From a virus (taxonomy: Duplodnaviria > Caudoviricetes), in IMG/VR virus record IMGVR_UViG_3300015214_000026, positions 64,001 through 128,000 of that record: a DNA stretch of 64,000 nt; one strand, given 5' to 3'. Numbering within the stretch: position 1 is the stretch's first letter; each line of letters opens with the position of its first letter. A program made the position numbers and the translations under genes. This document shows, piece by piece, positions 37,396-47,694 of this stretch. The notes beneath the pieces were generated by a model that was not told the DNA's origin, made no database searches, and saw only the letters and a list, made by a program, of their open reading frames with translations.

Positions 37396-38622
37396 CTAAT
37401 TAATTACACTCATTAGCTGTAATACTTCATTTGAAGGCTCATCGCCAAATCTAGCATAAGAATGCTTTTCTCCAAGCCATTTATTTTGTAAATTAGCTGT
37501 AGTACCTTCTCGTTCTATAACAAATACAGTAAATGGCGCATCGTCTATAGATACAGCAGGGCTACCATTCAAACTACCTCTAATTACAGATTGGAACCAT
37601 GACATTCCTATTTTAAACATAATTCCATCCGCTACATAGCCTACAGAAACTTCTTTAACTAAAATATCATCTAGAATGATTAGAAATTTTATATGCTTAT
37701 CATCTGGATCGCGAATAATTTTCATACTATTAGATTCGCTACCATAGTCCATCTGCCACAAGACTTCCATGTCAAATGAACCTATTGAAGCCGTAGCAGT
37801 AATTATGATAGCTCCACAGCTACACTGTACATCATACAGTGTATTACCCTCTATGTCTTCATACCCACCAACTTCATCAAAATACGTTTGTTTATTAGTA
37901 GTATTTAATTTAGGCCAACCCATCCAAAAATTATTAATCGAATAGTTAGCTTGTCTATTAGGCGATTTTCCAATTGGTAATACTTCTAGCCACGGATAGC
38001 GAGTTGCCCAAGTCTCGTATAATTCATCGTATTTTTTAATAAAGGGGTTACTCCAATAGTTTCTACCAGAGCTAATAACTATAGCGGGTGTATTTAATCT
38101 ACCGTCATTTTCTACAAATAATTGGTTAACTGGCTCTTCCCAAGCCCATCTGGTTACATCTAAATCAGTAGCAAATGTTTTGAAAGTAGCTACCTTCTGA
38201 TTAAGATTTGATAAATCAAAGCGATCAATTAAGCCTGGTATATTAATAATGATATTGAATATTAATTTCGTACCTACAGATGTTAGGGTAGTTTGAAATT
38301 TAAACATAGACGATTGAGAAATAGATATAAGAAAAGCTATACCATCATTCGCCCTAAGTAATATATTACCCGGTCTAAATTCAAGGACTTCTTTTCCTAT
38401 TTCACATGAAATCAATACTTCATCGGTGTGAATAGGCGTAATGAACATGGATTCAATTCCGCCTGTATGAAGTAATTGCCCAGCTACCGCAGTAGAATTT
38501 CTGTCTACAACCTCTCCAATACCCGACCCTATTTCGAATCCAGTAAAAACAATCTTTTCTATAATATCATTGCTCTGATCTTGTAATAACTCTAGGCCGG
38601 AGTTTAGAAGAAAGGTTTTCAT
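37396..38622 (-). CDS. Baseplate / tail-fibre attachment protein (paralogue with extra C-terminal domain)
   Basis: LLNSGLELL...FEIG...F.PGNI.L. Confidence 0.6.
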   Translation of the reverse strand: MKTFLLNSGLELLQDQSNDIIEKIVFTGFEIGSGIGEVVDRNSTAVAGQLLHTGGIESMFITPIHTDEVLISCEIGKEVLEFRPGNILLRANDGIAFLISISQSSMFKFQTTLTSVGTKLIFNIIINIPGLIDRFDLSNLNQKVATFKTFATDLDVTRWAWEEPVNQLFVENDGRLNTPAIVISSGRNYWSNPFIKKYDELYETWATRYPWLEVLPIGKSPNRQANYSINNFWMGWPKLNTTNKQTYFDEVGGYEDIEGNTLYDVQCSCGAIIITATASIGSFDMEVLWQMDYGSESNSMKIIRDPDDKHIKFLIILDDILVKEVSVGYVADGIMFKIGMSWFQSVIRGSLNGSPAVSIDDAPFTVFVIEREGTTANLQNKWLGEKHSYARFGDEPSNEVLQLMSVIN

Positions 38623-38635
38623 CTATTTATATCCA

Positions 38636-39019
38636 TTAATCTAACGAAGCAGTAATCGATCCAACAACGAAGGATAAAGTGTCATCTTCATTAATAGTAG
38701 CGGGAGTGATAGGTGTCCACATAAGTAAGTTTCCACCGCTAGCCGCATCGTATAACCCGGTAGCTACTACAGTACCAAAATCACCACCAGAAGCTAAATA
38801 AGTTATTAAATTAGAGTTAGAAACACTACCGTCGGTAACAGTATCAAATGTTAAAGATTTTCTTGTATAACCACCAGTAGTTACTTCCTGACCACCACCA
38901 GAATCCGAAGGAGCTACAGTAAATAAAGCTAAATGAATACCGGCTGGTGGGGTATAGGTGGGGCCACCAAAAATATGATTAAGTATAGCATTTTCCATGT
39001 AGTTTGTGAAGCTAGACAT
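38636..39019 (-). CDS. Small virion/tail structural protein
   Basis: NY.EN.ILNH...LALFT..P.DSGGG.EV..GGY.R motif familiar from phage tail regions. Confidence 0.75.
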   Translation of the reverse strand: MSSFTNYMENAILNHIFGGPTYTPPAGIHLALFTVAPSDSGGGQEVTTGGYTRKSLTFDTVTDGSVSNSNLITYLASGGDFGTVVATGLYDAASGGNLLMWTPITPATINEDDTLSFVVGSITASLD

Positions 39020-39072
39020 TTTTATTTCCTATTTGAGTTTTCGTTTATTTAGAATTACAATAAATGTAACAA

Positions 39073-40119
39073 CTAATTATTTGCAGTTCCTCCTATTAAA
39101 GTACCACTGCCGCTATAATTTACTCTATTATATCCTAATATAGCGTATCCTGAAGCTCCACCAGGCGATCCGGCTACACCATTTCCATCGTTGCCGTTAG
39201 CACCTGTCGATCCAGTGTTACCAGAATTTCCATATGTTCCACCAGTGCCTCCAGTGCCTCCAGTACCCGCATTCGTTCCACCAGCTGCCCCAGAAGAACC
39301 TGATGCTTGAGCACCATCTATACCTTGACCTCTACCACCATTACCTCCAGCTCCGCCTACAGTGGGAGTCGGAAAATCACCTTGCCTATATAAAGCATGC
39401 TTACGCGCAAACTCATTGCTTGATTTCAATGTACCCCTATAATATGTAATACCATTTATTGTTTGTTGCGTGCTACTATAGGCACCCGATGTGTCGCTGT
39501 TAAAAACAGTTTCGCCATTCCAATAAATGGTAGTAGTATAAAAGGCATCGTACACATTTGACCTAAGCCATTGAAATGCCGGCGGGGAACTAGCATCATA
39601 ATATTCATCAGTTAACGGTTCTCTAGTATTTATCATTTCTATACCGTCGCCACCTTGTCCGCCTTTACCACCCCCTCCGCCGCCTCCTCTAATAATTCCA
39701 TTATTTATTACATTTAAGCTACCCGCAGAAATGTTAATAGCGTGACCACCTTGACCACCTACACCAGAAGTACCACCTATTCCGCCAATTCCAGAAACTA
39801 TACCATTAGATTGTATTTCTAATGTAACTTCGCCGCCGGGCGTACCAGCCATTGTTAATGGTCCGCGGGATGAATTAACTATCAAGCGTTTCTTTTTAGA
39901 AGACGCAAAATAGCCCGGTTCAGCTTGCTCAAATAAAAATCCTATACCTATTGATCCCGGATCAGAAGGAGCCACTACTACAAACTCCGCGGAATAAAAT
40001 GGCACCCATACTCCAGATTGGCGCACATATCCGGTTTGTACTTGGGTCCATGATCCACCAACTTTGGCGAACCAATCTGCTTCTTTCCATGTTCCTGAAT
40101 GTTTAACTAATCCCGGCAT
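39073..40119 (-). CDS. Glycine-rich gp38-like adhesin
   Basis: Likely start MPGLVK at 40119; Trp-rich N-terminal docking segment; GG.GG.AI, NNGII.GGGGGGG. Confidence 0.75.
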   Translation of the reverse strand: MPGLVKHSGTWKEADWFAKVGGSWTQVQTGYVRQSGVWVPFYSAEFVVVAPSDPGSIGIGFLFEQAEPGYFASSKKKRLIVNSSRGPLTMAGTPGGEVTLEIQSNGIVSGIGGIGGTSGVGGQGGHAINISAGSLNVINNGIIRGGGGGGGKGGQGGDGIEMINTREPLTDEYYDASSPPAFQWLRSNVYDAFYTTTIYWNGETVFNSDTSGAYSSTQQTINGITYYRGTLKSSNEFARKHALYRQGDFPTPTVGGAGGNGGRGQGIDGAQASGSSGAAGGTNAGTGGTGGTGGTYGNSGNTGSTGANGNDGNGVAGSPGGASGYAILGYNRVNYSGSGTLIGGTANN

Positions 40120-40121
40120 AA

Positions 40122-41225
40122 TTATACCTGCAACCAAACATCGCCATCTGCGCCTCCGGATGGCGCTGATTCTGAAATAGTAACATTACGAAAAGCCATA
40201 CTTCCTAATGTATACGTATTGAATGTAAAACCGCCGGAGGCTGTCCAATGAATTGTTTGATCTTGGACTAACATACGTGCGTCATAATCTACTGCTGGAT
40301 AGCTAGTTATATAATCATGATATAATATACCCGCTGATTGTCTAGCATATCCGTATTCTGCTATACCATTAATATTCGCATTATAGGACATAAATGAATC
40401 CAGTCCTGTAATAGTATTGGTTGCCTGTTGTCCTGTATGGTTGGCTCTGTTTAGTAGAGTAGCATCAGAAGAATTAACTGTGGCTCCAGCAGCTATACCG
40501 TTTAATTTAGATTTCTCTGCCGACAAAAAGGATTCTACAGAATTAGGTATATAATCTGTAATATTAGTATAATTTGATAAACTAGTTACAATTTCGCTAG
40601 TCCAATTTTTACAATAATCATCAGTTACATTATGACTAAATCTGGCGGAAGAGATCACTATATGAGGATATCGCCAGATAGAATCTATATTGCCTAATAT
40701 AACGCATATTCTATTAGATTTTAAAGCAAATCGAACAGGTATTTCCCTATTACCAATAGTGATTTTGTTAGTTGACTCCCAATTTGAACCACTAAAATAA
40801 CCCTGTACTATTAATTTTGTAGTTCTTCCGGCTCCCGGTGTTTCAAATATATGAGCATCAATTTCTAATTGAAACATAGCTTTGTTTGTATTAGGCGCTA
40901 CAAATACCAAAGCCCCTACAGTATTAGACAAATTTGTTCGTAATTCACATAAATTAACTACAGTCCTGGCTTGAAAATCTACAGAACCAGTACCAGGCAT
41001 AGAAAATACGGTATTACTACCATTTGTTTTAATTGAAGCACTAGAATACGTACCAGATAATTGTGTATTACCTACCGCACCGTCTAATTCATTAAAATTA
41101 TAAGTCTTCTCATCAAATTCGTCTACAATAGCTTCCAACGTATCGCGAACATTTTTAGGCTTAATTAGACGTTCTTCGTTATCTGGGATTTGAGCTTCGA
41201 TTATATTTTTGAGTTCTTGACTCAT
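40122..41225 (-). CDS. Short tail fibre protein
   Basis: KLNGIA.GAT...LLNRANHTG.Q repeat; C-terminal TIS..APSGG.DGDVW. Confidence 0.75.
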   Translation of the reverse strand: MSQELKNIIEAQIPDNEERLIKPKNVRDTLEAIVDEFDEKTYNFNELDGAVGNTQLSGTYSSASIKTNGSNTVFSMPGTGSVDFQARTVVNLCELRTNLSNTVGALVFVAPNTNKAMFQLEIDAHIFETPGAGRTTKLIVQGYFSGSNWESTNKITIGNREIPVRFALKSNRICVILGNIDSIWRYPHIVISSARFSHNVTDDYCKNWTSEIVTSLSNYTNITDYIPNSVESFLSAEKSKLNGIAAGATVNSSDATLLNRANHTGQQATNTITGLDSFMSYNANINGIAEYGYARQSAGILYHDYITSYPAVDYDARMLVQDQTIHWTASGGFTFNTYTLGSMAFRNVTISESAPSGGADGDVWLQV

Positions 41226-41272
41226 GCGTCTATTCCTTACTTTAAATTATTACAAATCATTAACATAAATTA

Positions 41273-42661
41273 TCATTTATAACCATCATCAAAAGCTTCT
41301 AAATCAAAGGCCCCACTATAAATAGTTGTAAAATTAGATACGACATTATAAGTAGATAGGCCCTTCTTCTTAACTGTATAAGAAATATCTAAATTGGAGT
41401 AACCATTGCTGTGCATAATTCTATTTATTATAGATTTTCTGGCAGTAATTAATAAAGAGTTTCCTTCAAAATTTATATCTCTATAAATAAATTGAATGCG
41501 ATCAGCAAATAGACTGCTATTTCCATAATAGGTACTAATAGCAAATTCCGTAGCAGGAATAGTTATAAAGGATGATTTTGCTTGATATTTAGATAACCTA
41601 CCTAAATCCGTATTTGATTTATATATAGAATTAGAAGTAAATTCTATACTTCTATATATCGATCTGGCGGATAATACCCAATTATGTTCGTAAGGATCAT
41701 AATCAGGGTCTATTTCTTCAAAATAACTATCTAAAAAAATATAAGTTCCTAAATTAATGTCTATTTGAGGAATAGGCTCAGTATACCCAGCTTCTATTAC
41801 AGTATGCGGTTCCCATTTATATCTAGACAATATGTTGCCGTCTATTTGAGGAACCAATACCGCATGAGTTTCTACTTCGATTTCAATAGAACCAACAATA
41901 CGATTAAGAACTAGTTCAATTGGCGCAAAATAATAAAATAGGTTTATAAGATCATTAAATCCTACATTTGGAGAGGCGAGAACATCGTATTCCATATCTA
42001 CATGTGAAGTAAGGTATTGTGTGCCTGTTGAGGCTGTATCGATTAACCTAACAGGATCATTTACCTCACTTTCAGGTATGAGGTATTCATAAAAATCAAA
42101 GCCAGGATCAGTATTATTGGCATAATCGCCTTGATCTCTAGTCCATAATTGAACCAGAGATATACGCATTCCTTTTATAAATCCTATAAAATCTATAAAA
42201 TCTCTTTCACCAGAATTTTGATGCTTCCAATAACTGCCCGCATAGTCTACTAATCTAGCGTACTCTGCGTCTGAAATATAATCAGAATAATAGTCCACCC
42301 CCGCAAATGCTGCTTGATTGATAAGAGTTTTTCTATCCTGTAATACTTCTTTATACGCTACGATTGCGTTACCGTTACCTAAACCTAATGTAATTTTAGC
42401 GTAATGAGAACCATCATCCTCTTGTATAATTTTTACATCAGCTACTCGACCACGTTCGATTCCTCTAGATGTTTCTACATCTAAGTAATCACCACGTTTA
42501 ATATGCTGAGAACTGCGTATCCTAGATAAACGAGAGAGCGGTTCACCAATTTGCTCGTCTAAAACTTTAGATGTAGTTTTATACAGACTTTCAAATATAG
42601 GGTTATAACTAAGATTATAGTTAAGTAGTTTTACAAAATCTGGTTTATTTTTATTGCGCAT
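41273..42661 (-). CDS. Baseplate wedge subunit (gp7/protein I-like)
   Basis: Follows the gp6-like gene; FI.FI.G..., LF.Y.FAPIELVL. Confidence 0.65.
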   Translation of the reverse strand: MRNKNKPDFVKLLNYNLSYNPIFESLYKTTSKVLDEQIGEPLSRLSRIRSSQHIKRGDYLDVETSRGIERGRVADVKIIQEDDGSHYAKITLGLGNGNAIVAYKEVLQDRKTLINQAAFAGVDYYSDYISDAEYARLVDYAGSYWKHQNSGERDFIDFIGFIKGMRISLVQLWTRDQGDYANNTDPGFDFYEYLIPESEVNDPVRLIDTASTGTQYLTSHVDMEYDVLASPNVGFNDLINLFYYFAPIELVLNRIVGSIEIEVETHAVLVPQIDGNILSRYKWEPHTVIEAGYTEPIPQIDINLGTYIFLDSYFEEIDPDYDPYEHNWVLSARSIYRSIEFTSNSIYKSNTDLGRLSKYQAKSSFITIPATEFAISTYYGNSSLFADRIQFIYRDINFEGNSLLITARKSIINRIMHSNGYSNLDISYTVKKKGLSTYNVVSNFTTIYSGAFDLEAFDDGYK

Positions 42662-42667
42662 TGTATA

Positions 42668-44368
42668 TTACTCCGCGCTTGATAAGTCTGTTCTACCAAG
42701 ATATGTACGCCTTGGAGTATACTGCATATCTAACACTACATCATCAATACGGACATAATTATTGTAACCGGCTAATACAGCCATTCCATCCGGTGTTATA
42801 CCAAAAGTAGGTTGTTCTTCACTGGGCTCTTCTTCGTCATCTCCATTTTCATTTTCGTCTTCTTCATCTATAGGTTCTATATTGTTATCGCTAAATTTAA
42901 AGTCAGAAACAAATTCTATTACATTTGAATAATCAAACGTGCTATCAAAATTTCCTTCTAATATAGATATTATATCTGAAGCGTATACGGAATAACCTAA
43001 AATACCGGATTTGGGTTCAGTAAGCTCCTTAATTTTATTGACTAATAATGAACGCAATTCTTCTAATCCAGCTTTCGTATTACAATATACAGTAGCATTA
43101 ACTTTTATTGATAGTATAACTGGATCAGATCGTTCGAATCTAAGCGAAAAGGTTGATCTAGAAGATATATATTCTACAAAGTCTTCCCATTCTGTTTCAG
43201 AAATTAAATTAGTATCGCTGTTAGTTAATAGCGTAACCATTACTACATTCTGAAAGGTTCTTAATCCGGGAGCATATTCCGCTTGACCTCTAAATAAAGC
43301 ATCCCTTATATTAGGGTATTCTAGAGCTATGGCTTTAAAATCCGCTCTTCTAATGCCTACACCGGATGATGCCATAAGATGTGGGCCAATATGTGAATAT
43401 ACATCTAAAGGTACTTCGTTATCTCCGCCAAAAGAGGAAGATATAGTAATACCTTCTACAGTTAAATCCAAAGAGTCTATAACAAAATTAGTTTCGGCGG
43501 GAATTAATGCCGATTCTGAGCCTTTAGTTTCAGCCCATACTATATTAAGGTTATCCCCCGCATTTAATTTCTTAGCATACAGGTCATTACCAAATAGAAT
43601 TTCTACATTTCCAGTTTCCAATGTTTTAGTAAAGAAAACTTCCTGCTTTCTATCTGCCATCCAAGGACGTAGTTTCTTATCATTTTTCCACCATATGTCG
43701 TTAACAGAAACGTATACGTCTTCATCAGAAATAGCGTAATTTTCGTAGCCTATCTGAATACTTTCAAAAGGTATACCTAAAGCTGGTCCTTGCCGAGAGA
43801 AAATAACACCTTGATACAGTATTACTTCCTTCTCCATTTCAAAAACAGTATAATTTATTTCTTCTCTATTAAAGAATAGTTCATTATCTATAGTAATAAT
43901 AGTGAATCTAGGTATCACAAATGGCGTAGTATGATCTGGAATGGTAAGCCTTACTCGGATTCTATTAGGAACTCTACGGCGTATATTAACGCCAAGAAAG
44001 TTCATACCTTGATATATTGTATCTTTAGACGATCCGGGTAAAAGAAAAGCATTTTGTACCGCTCGTACTATAGCAAAATGTAAATACGAAATACCCGCAG
44101 AATAGTTTCTTAATAGCGTCTGTCCTGTTCCTGTATGAACAATGTCTTTCCAAGCTTTATCTGTCTGTAACTCTTGTACAAAAGCATATAAAATATCTTC
44201 AAAATCAGGTTTATCAGATTGAAGCGTAAAATCTTTAGGTAAAGCTTCTTCCAAAGAGGTTTGTAAAGCATTTTCCAAACCTTCTCTGTTAACAGAACTA
44301 AAAAATACAGGATTATTAAGTTGAATATAATCCAACGCTGCTTTAATTAATGTATTAACTACAGACAT
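42668..44368 (-). CDS. Baseplate wedge subunit (gp6/baseplate J-like)
   Basis: G.V.I.FGN..., ETKG, GG..E....R..DF motifs; follows the gp25-like gene. Confidence 0.85.
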   Translation of the reverse strand: MSVVNTLIKAALDYIQLNNPVFFSSVNREGLENALQTSLEEALPKDFTLQSDKPDFEDILYAFVQELQTDKAWKDIVHTGTGQTLLRNYSAGISYLHFAIVRAVQNAFLLPGSSKDTIYQGMNFLGVNIRRRVPNRIRVRLTIPDHTTPFVIPRFTIITIDNELFFNREEINYTVFEMEKEVILYQGVIFSRQGPALGIPFESIQIGYENYAISDEDVYVSVNDIWWKNDKKLRPWMADRKQEVFFTKTLETGNVEILFGNDLYAKKLNAGDNLNIVWAETKGSESALIPAETNFVIDSLDLTVEGITISSSFGGDNEVPLDVYSHIGPHLMASSGVGIRRADFKAIALEYPNIRDALFRGQAEYAPGLRTFQNVVMVTLLTNSDTNLISETEWEDFVEYISSRSTFSLRFERSDPVILSIKVNATVYCNTKAGLEELRSLLVNKIKELTEPKSGILGYSVYASDIISILEGNFDSTFDYSNVIEFVSDFKFSDNNIEPIDEEDENENGDDEEEPSEEQPTFGITPDGMAVLAGYNNYVRIDDVVLDMQYTPRRTYLGRTDLSSAE

Positions 44369-44407
44369 ATTAATAAACCTTGTATATAAAATGGTATTTG
44401 CAAAACA

Positions 44408-44848
44408 TTATCGAATTACTTCTTGCCTAAATAACCCAGCAGAACTATCATTTACATTCACATATGTAATTTGAATTAGGTATCCGTCATCAGATTCTAA
44501 AGGTATAACATAACTATCACTGAGAATAACTCTAATGCGATCGCCCATCCAAGTAATTAAAGCTACAATAGTGTCTGTTTCAATATGAAAGGCAGAATAA
44601 ATGTTTATAGGGTCCATTATTCTATAAGGTAAATTAGAGCCATAACCGGGCTCAAAATCTTCTGTTCCTACAGGAGTAGATAACAAATTTTTTATATGGT
44701 TTGTTATAGCTAAATTATTATCAATTAGTAAAGCTGAATGTGCGCGGTTTAATCCATAATCACAATCTACGTCTCTAAATTTAATTTTAGCTGGCGTAAT
44801 AGTAGCTTTAACATTTGGTCTAGCACTATGTAATAACCAATCAGACAT
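44408..44848 (-). CDS. Baseplate gp25/GpW-like protein
   Basis: I.NLL.TP.G...F.P.YGSNL. Confidence 0.85.
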   Translation of the reverse strand: MSDWLLHSARPNVKATITPAKIKFRDVDCDYGLNRAHSALLIDNNLAITNHIKNLLSTPVGTEDFEPGYGSNLPYRIMDPINIYSAFHIETDTIVALITWMGDRIRVILSDSYVIPLESDDGYLIQITYVNVNDSSAGLFRQEVIR

Positions 44849-44859
44849 AGTATCAACCT

Positions 44860-45516
44860 TCAATAAGATATTTGATTTGATTTATCAGGTATCTGTGGCC
44901 TTTGTCTAGGAGACACACCACCGGCTTCTTCACCATTATTTAAATGAACTTCTTGTCCGTTTATATAAACCTTACCTTTACACGCAATATGTATATCGCC
45001 TTGAGCTACAAGATACATATCAGAAGCAGAAGCAATAGACTTAGTACCATCAGCGGAAGTATGCTCGGTAGTACCTGATTTATGAACATGATCTATAGTT
45101 TCTTTTTCAGAATTTACATTGTACCTATTACCAGCGTCATCGATTGTTCCTCTACTATGAGGATAATTTTCTTCATCTTTCAGCAATTCATTATCTTTAT
45201 TCACATCATCTGTAGTAGGCGAACCGGAATATCTGGGATTATGAGGATCATTATCGTCTAAACGAAAATACACCTTGCTGTATAAAACAGGGACATTTAC
45301 TGAACCTGCTCCAGCTCCAGCATTAGCTCTACCCTGTGTAGTATCTGGAATACACCACGGCAAATCTGAATCTTCAACGTTGCGATGTAATTGTGCACAA
45401 CGTATTTTTACTCGTTGGCGCTTTTCAGGATCATTATTATCTATAACATACCCAACTAAATCGTTTTTCGCAAGTTTTGGTCTAAAGGTTTGCCCAATAG
45501 GAAGTAAACTAGGCAT
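44860..45516 (-). CDS. Baseplate central spike (gp5/GpV OB-fold)
   Basis: G.VIDNNDP....RVKIRC..LH...LPW...VP; HKSGT; beta-helix C-terminus. Confidence 0.88.
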   Translation of the reverse strand: MPSLLPIGQTFRPKLAKNDLVGYVIDNNDPEKRQRVKIRCAQLHRNVEDSDLPWCIPDTTQGRANAGAGAGSVNVPVLYSKVYFRLDDNDPHNPRYSGSPTTDDVNKDNELLKDEENYPHSRGTIDDAGNRYNVNSEKETIDHVHKSGTTEHTSADGTKSIASASDMYLVAQGDIHIACKGKVYINGQEVHLNNGEEAGGVSPRQRPQIPDKSNQISY

Positions 45517-45528
45517 TATTTAATTCTC

Positions 45529-46632
45529 CTATTGTGGACCTTGAGTAGTTAATACTAATTTTTCCATAAATCTACCACCTATAATAGTTTTAGTTATGGC
45601 GGTAACTATGTATTTACCGGATAGATGTTTGGCTTCTTTACCGTTTCCAGAATTTAACGGTCTGAATGTTGGCGTATCTAATAATTCTAGTTTAGTAGGT
45701 ATATCAGTAAGTACTTCTACATCAAAAGAATATGTAGAAAGTATTCTAGGATTTTGATGAATACCTTCATACCACTTTTCATGAGTATTGCCAGCCAAAG
45801 GCGCTAAAGCATTAATACGCATACCCAATGAACCTATAGTATCTTTTATTCCAGACATTATAGAAGTGGCGTTAGACATTAGTTTAACTGCGACATCGTT
45901 CCCTTCAAATATACTACCATCCATATTCATGCCTATAGATGTAGAGCCATAACCATGACTAGCATTAGGGGAATTAGCTTTAGCAGAAGTAACCCAATGT
46001 AATATATGATGCCCCCATTCTGGATTAGACGAAAGAGTCATACCGCCTCCAGCAATTAAAGAACTTAATTTCTTTAATCTTAATTTACCTGTATCAGTTA
46101 TTGCCATTATTAATGCGTCACCGTCTCCTGCGAACGATCGTTGTAATAGATGATTAGCATAACCTACAAAAGGCAGCCTATTAGGCAACCATGTCATATC
46201 ATCCATAGAATCGTCAGAATCTACAGATAAACCAACTTCTCCAGCTAATTGTTGAATAACCGAGGCAGCAGTACCTTTATAGGGTTTATCTACCATTTTT
46301 CTTAGCCAACCAATATTATCTAATATAGCATTAAATTCTATTACATTGCCAGAACCATACGGATGTACTTTTGGTGAACCTGAAACTATAAAATTTAATC
46401 CAGAATACATATGCTTGCCAGGATTACCTATAGATATTTGTATTTTATCACCATCGTTCATTAAAGCGTCTAAACTTTCTCCTGTAGTATCAGTAAATCC
46501 TATATGAAGTGAAGGCAATGCTTGTTGTACATTTGATACCAGATTAAAGCTCTTAATAGTAGTTACGTCGAGATTTAAATCTCTACCGTTAACCAGAACT
46601 TCTATTCCCCATATTCCTCGAACACCACGCAT
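45529..46632 (-). CDS. Baseplate hub protein (gp27/GpD-like)
   Basis: Precedes the spike gene; LSGKYIVTAI C-terminal motif. Confidence 0.7.
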   Translation of the reverse strand: MRGVRGIWGIEVLVNGRDLNLDVTTIKSFNLVSNVQQALPSLHIGFTDTTGESLDALMNDGDKIQISIGNPGKHMYSGLNFIVSGSPKVHPYGSGNVIEFNAILDNIGWLRKMVDKPYKGTAASVIQQLAGEVGLSVDSDDSMDDMTWLPNRLPFVGYANHLLQRSFAGDGDALIMAITDTGKLRLKKLSSLIAGGGMTLSSNPEWGHHILHWVTSAKANSPNASHGYGSTSIGMNMDGSIFEGNDVAVKLMSNATSIMSGIKDTIGSLGMRINALAPLAGNTHEKWYEGIHQNPRILSTYSFDVEVLTDIPTKLELLDTPTFRPLNSGNGKEAKHLSGKYIVTAITKTIIGGRFMEKLVLTTQGPQ

Positions 46633-46640
46633 ATTATTAC

Positions 46641-47027
46641 CTAAATTATAATTGTTTTTCCAACACGACTTTCTACTTGCTCTTGTATTATAGCCGTAAT
46701 AGATGTTGTATCAGGCAATAGTATAATTTCTTTATTAGGTATTTCATCTTGATGAATATATTTAGAACAAGCTAATATTAAATACCATAAAGAAGTCGTA
46801 CCATATATTTTTTTACTAACTGTGGTTAATGCTTCTGAATTATGTGTATATTCTATGGTTCTAGGTAATTTAAGTAATTGAATAAATTTTGGATTACATG
46901 GGTTTATCCATGATTCTGAAGACTCTAGTATAGAAGAAAGTCTAAATGGTTTATATGTGCCAGTGGATAAAAAAGAATAAAGCTTCTCTATATTTTCTTT
47001 ATTTTTAATGTCATCTTGAAAAAGCAT
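46641..47027 (-). CDS. Baseplate gp53/LysM-like protein
   Basis: L..VS.KIYGTT.LWY.IL...I..P. Confidence 0.75.
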   Translation of the reverse strand: MLFQDDIKNKENIEKLYSFLSTGTYKPFRLSSILESSESWINPCNPKFIQLLKLPRTIEYTHNSEALTTVSKKIYGTTSLWYLILACSKYIHQDEIPNKEIILLPDTTSITAIIQEQVESRVGKTIII

Positions 47028-47030
47028 AGT

Positions 47031-47693
47031 TTACCCCTCATATCCCATGGCGGCCATCCAATCTTTATGCCCATAAACAATAGGTGTTCTAAATACTAAA
47101 TCAATTTGTCCACTAATAGGATAACCGCGATTATCTAATCTAGCATCAAATATGGCATTAGCGGATACAAGTATACAATTAATAAACATCATCATACGAC
47201 CAATTTTTACGTGAATGCCATAACCGCCCTCGGAATCAGACCATAGGCCTACGTCCGGTCCGGGTGGAGCTAGTAATCCAAGTGAATTATGAACAGGGAA
47301 TATAAGACTTTGCAATTTAACTATAGGCTCATATACATCTTTTAAACCACTGCGTTCAGCGTCAAATAAAACAGTAAGAGGTATCTCAACTGGAGACGTG
47401 CCGGTCCACATTTGGAAAGTTAAACCCTGTACTATAGGATTAAACCCTAATACATTTGTTACCGCTTCAGTAGCACCACCACCTAAAGGAGAAACTGCTG
47501 ACCAAGCTTGCGCTATACTAGAAGGAAGTCGACTTTCCCAATCAGAAGACGTAGCGATATTAAGCTGTTCAGGCATATCTACTTGAATACCAAGATTATG
47601 CCCAGGACACCATATATCGATTAAATAATAAGGATTATCAGTTTTAGCTATCTTATAGCTACTATTTACGTCTGTAATTCTAGGAGTAGCCAT
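47031..47693 (-). CDS. Tail tube initiator / baseplate cap-like protein
   Basis: Directly follows the tape measure gene; W.GT.P...G.PI...L.F pattern. Confidence 0.6.
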   Translation of the reverse strand: MATPRITDVNSSYKIAKTDNPYYLIDIWCPGHNLGIQVDMPEQLNIATSSDWESRLPSSIAQAWSAVSPLGGGATEAVTNVLGFNPIVQGLTFQMWTGTSPVEIPLTVLFDAERSGLKDVYEPIVKLQSLIFPVHNSLGLLAPPGPDVGLWSDSEGGYGIHVKIGRMMMFINCILVSANAIFDARLDNRGYPISGQIDLVFRTPIVYGHKDWMAAMGYEG

Positions 47694-47694
47694 G

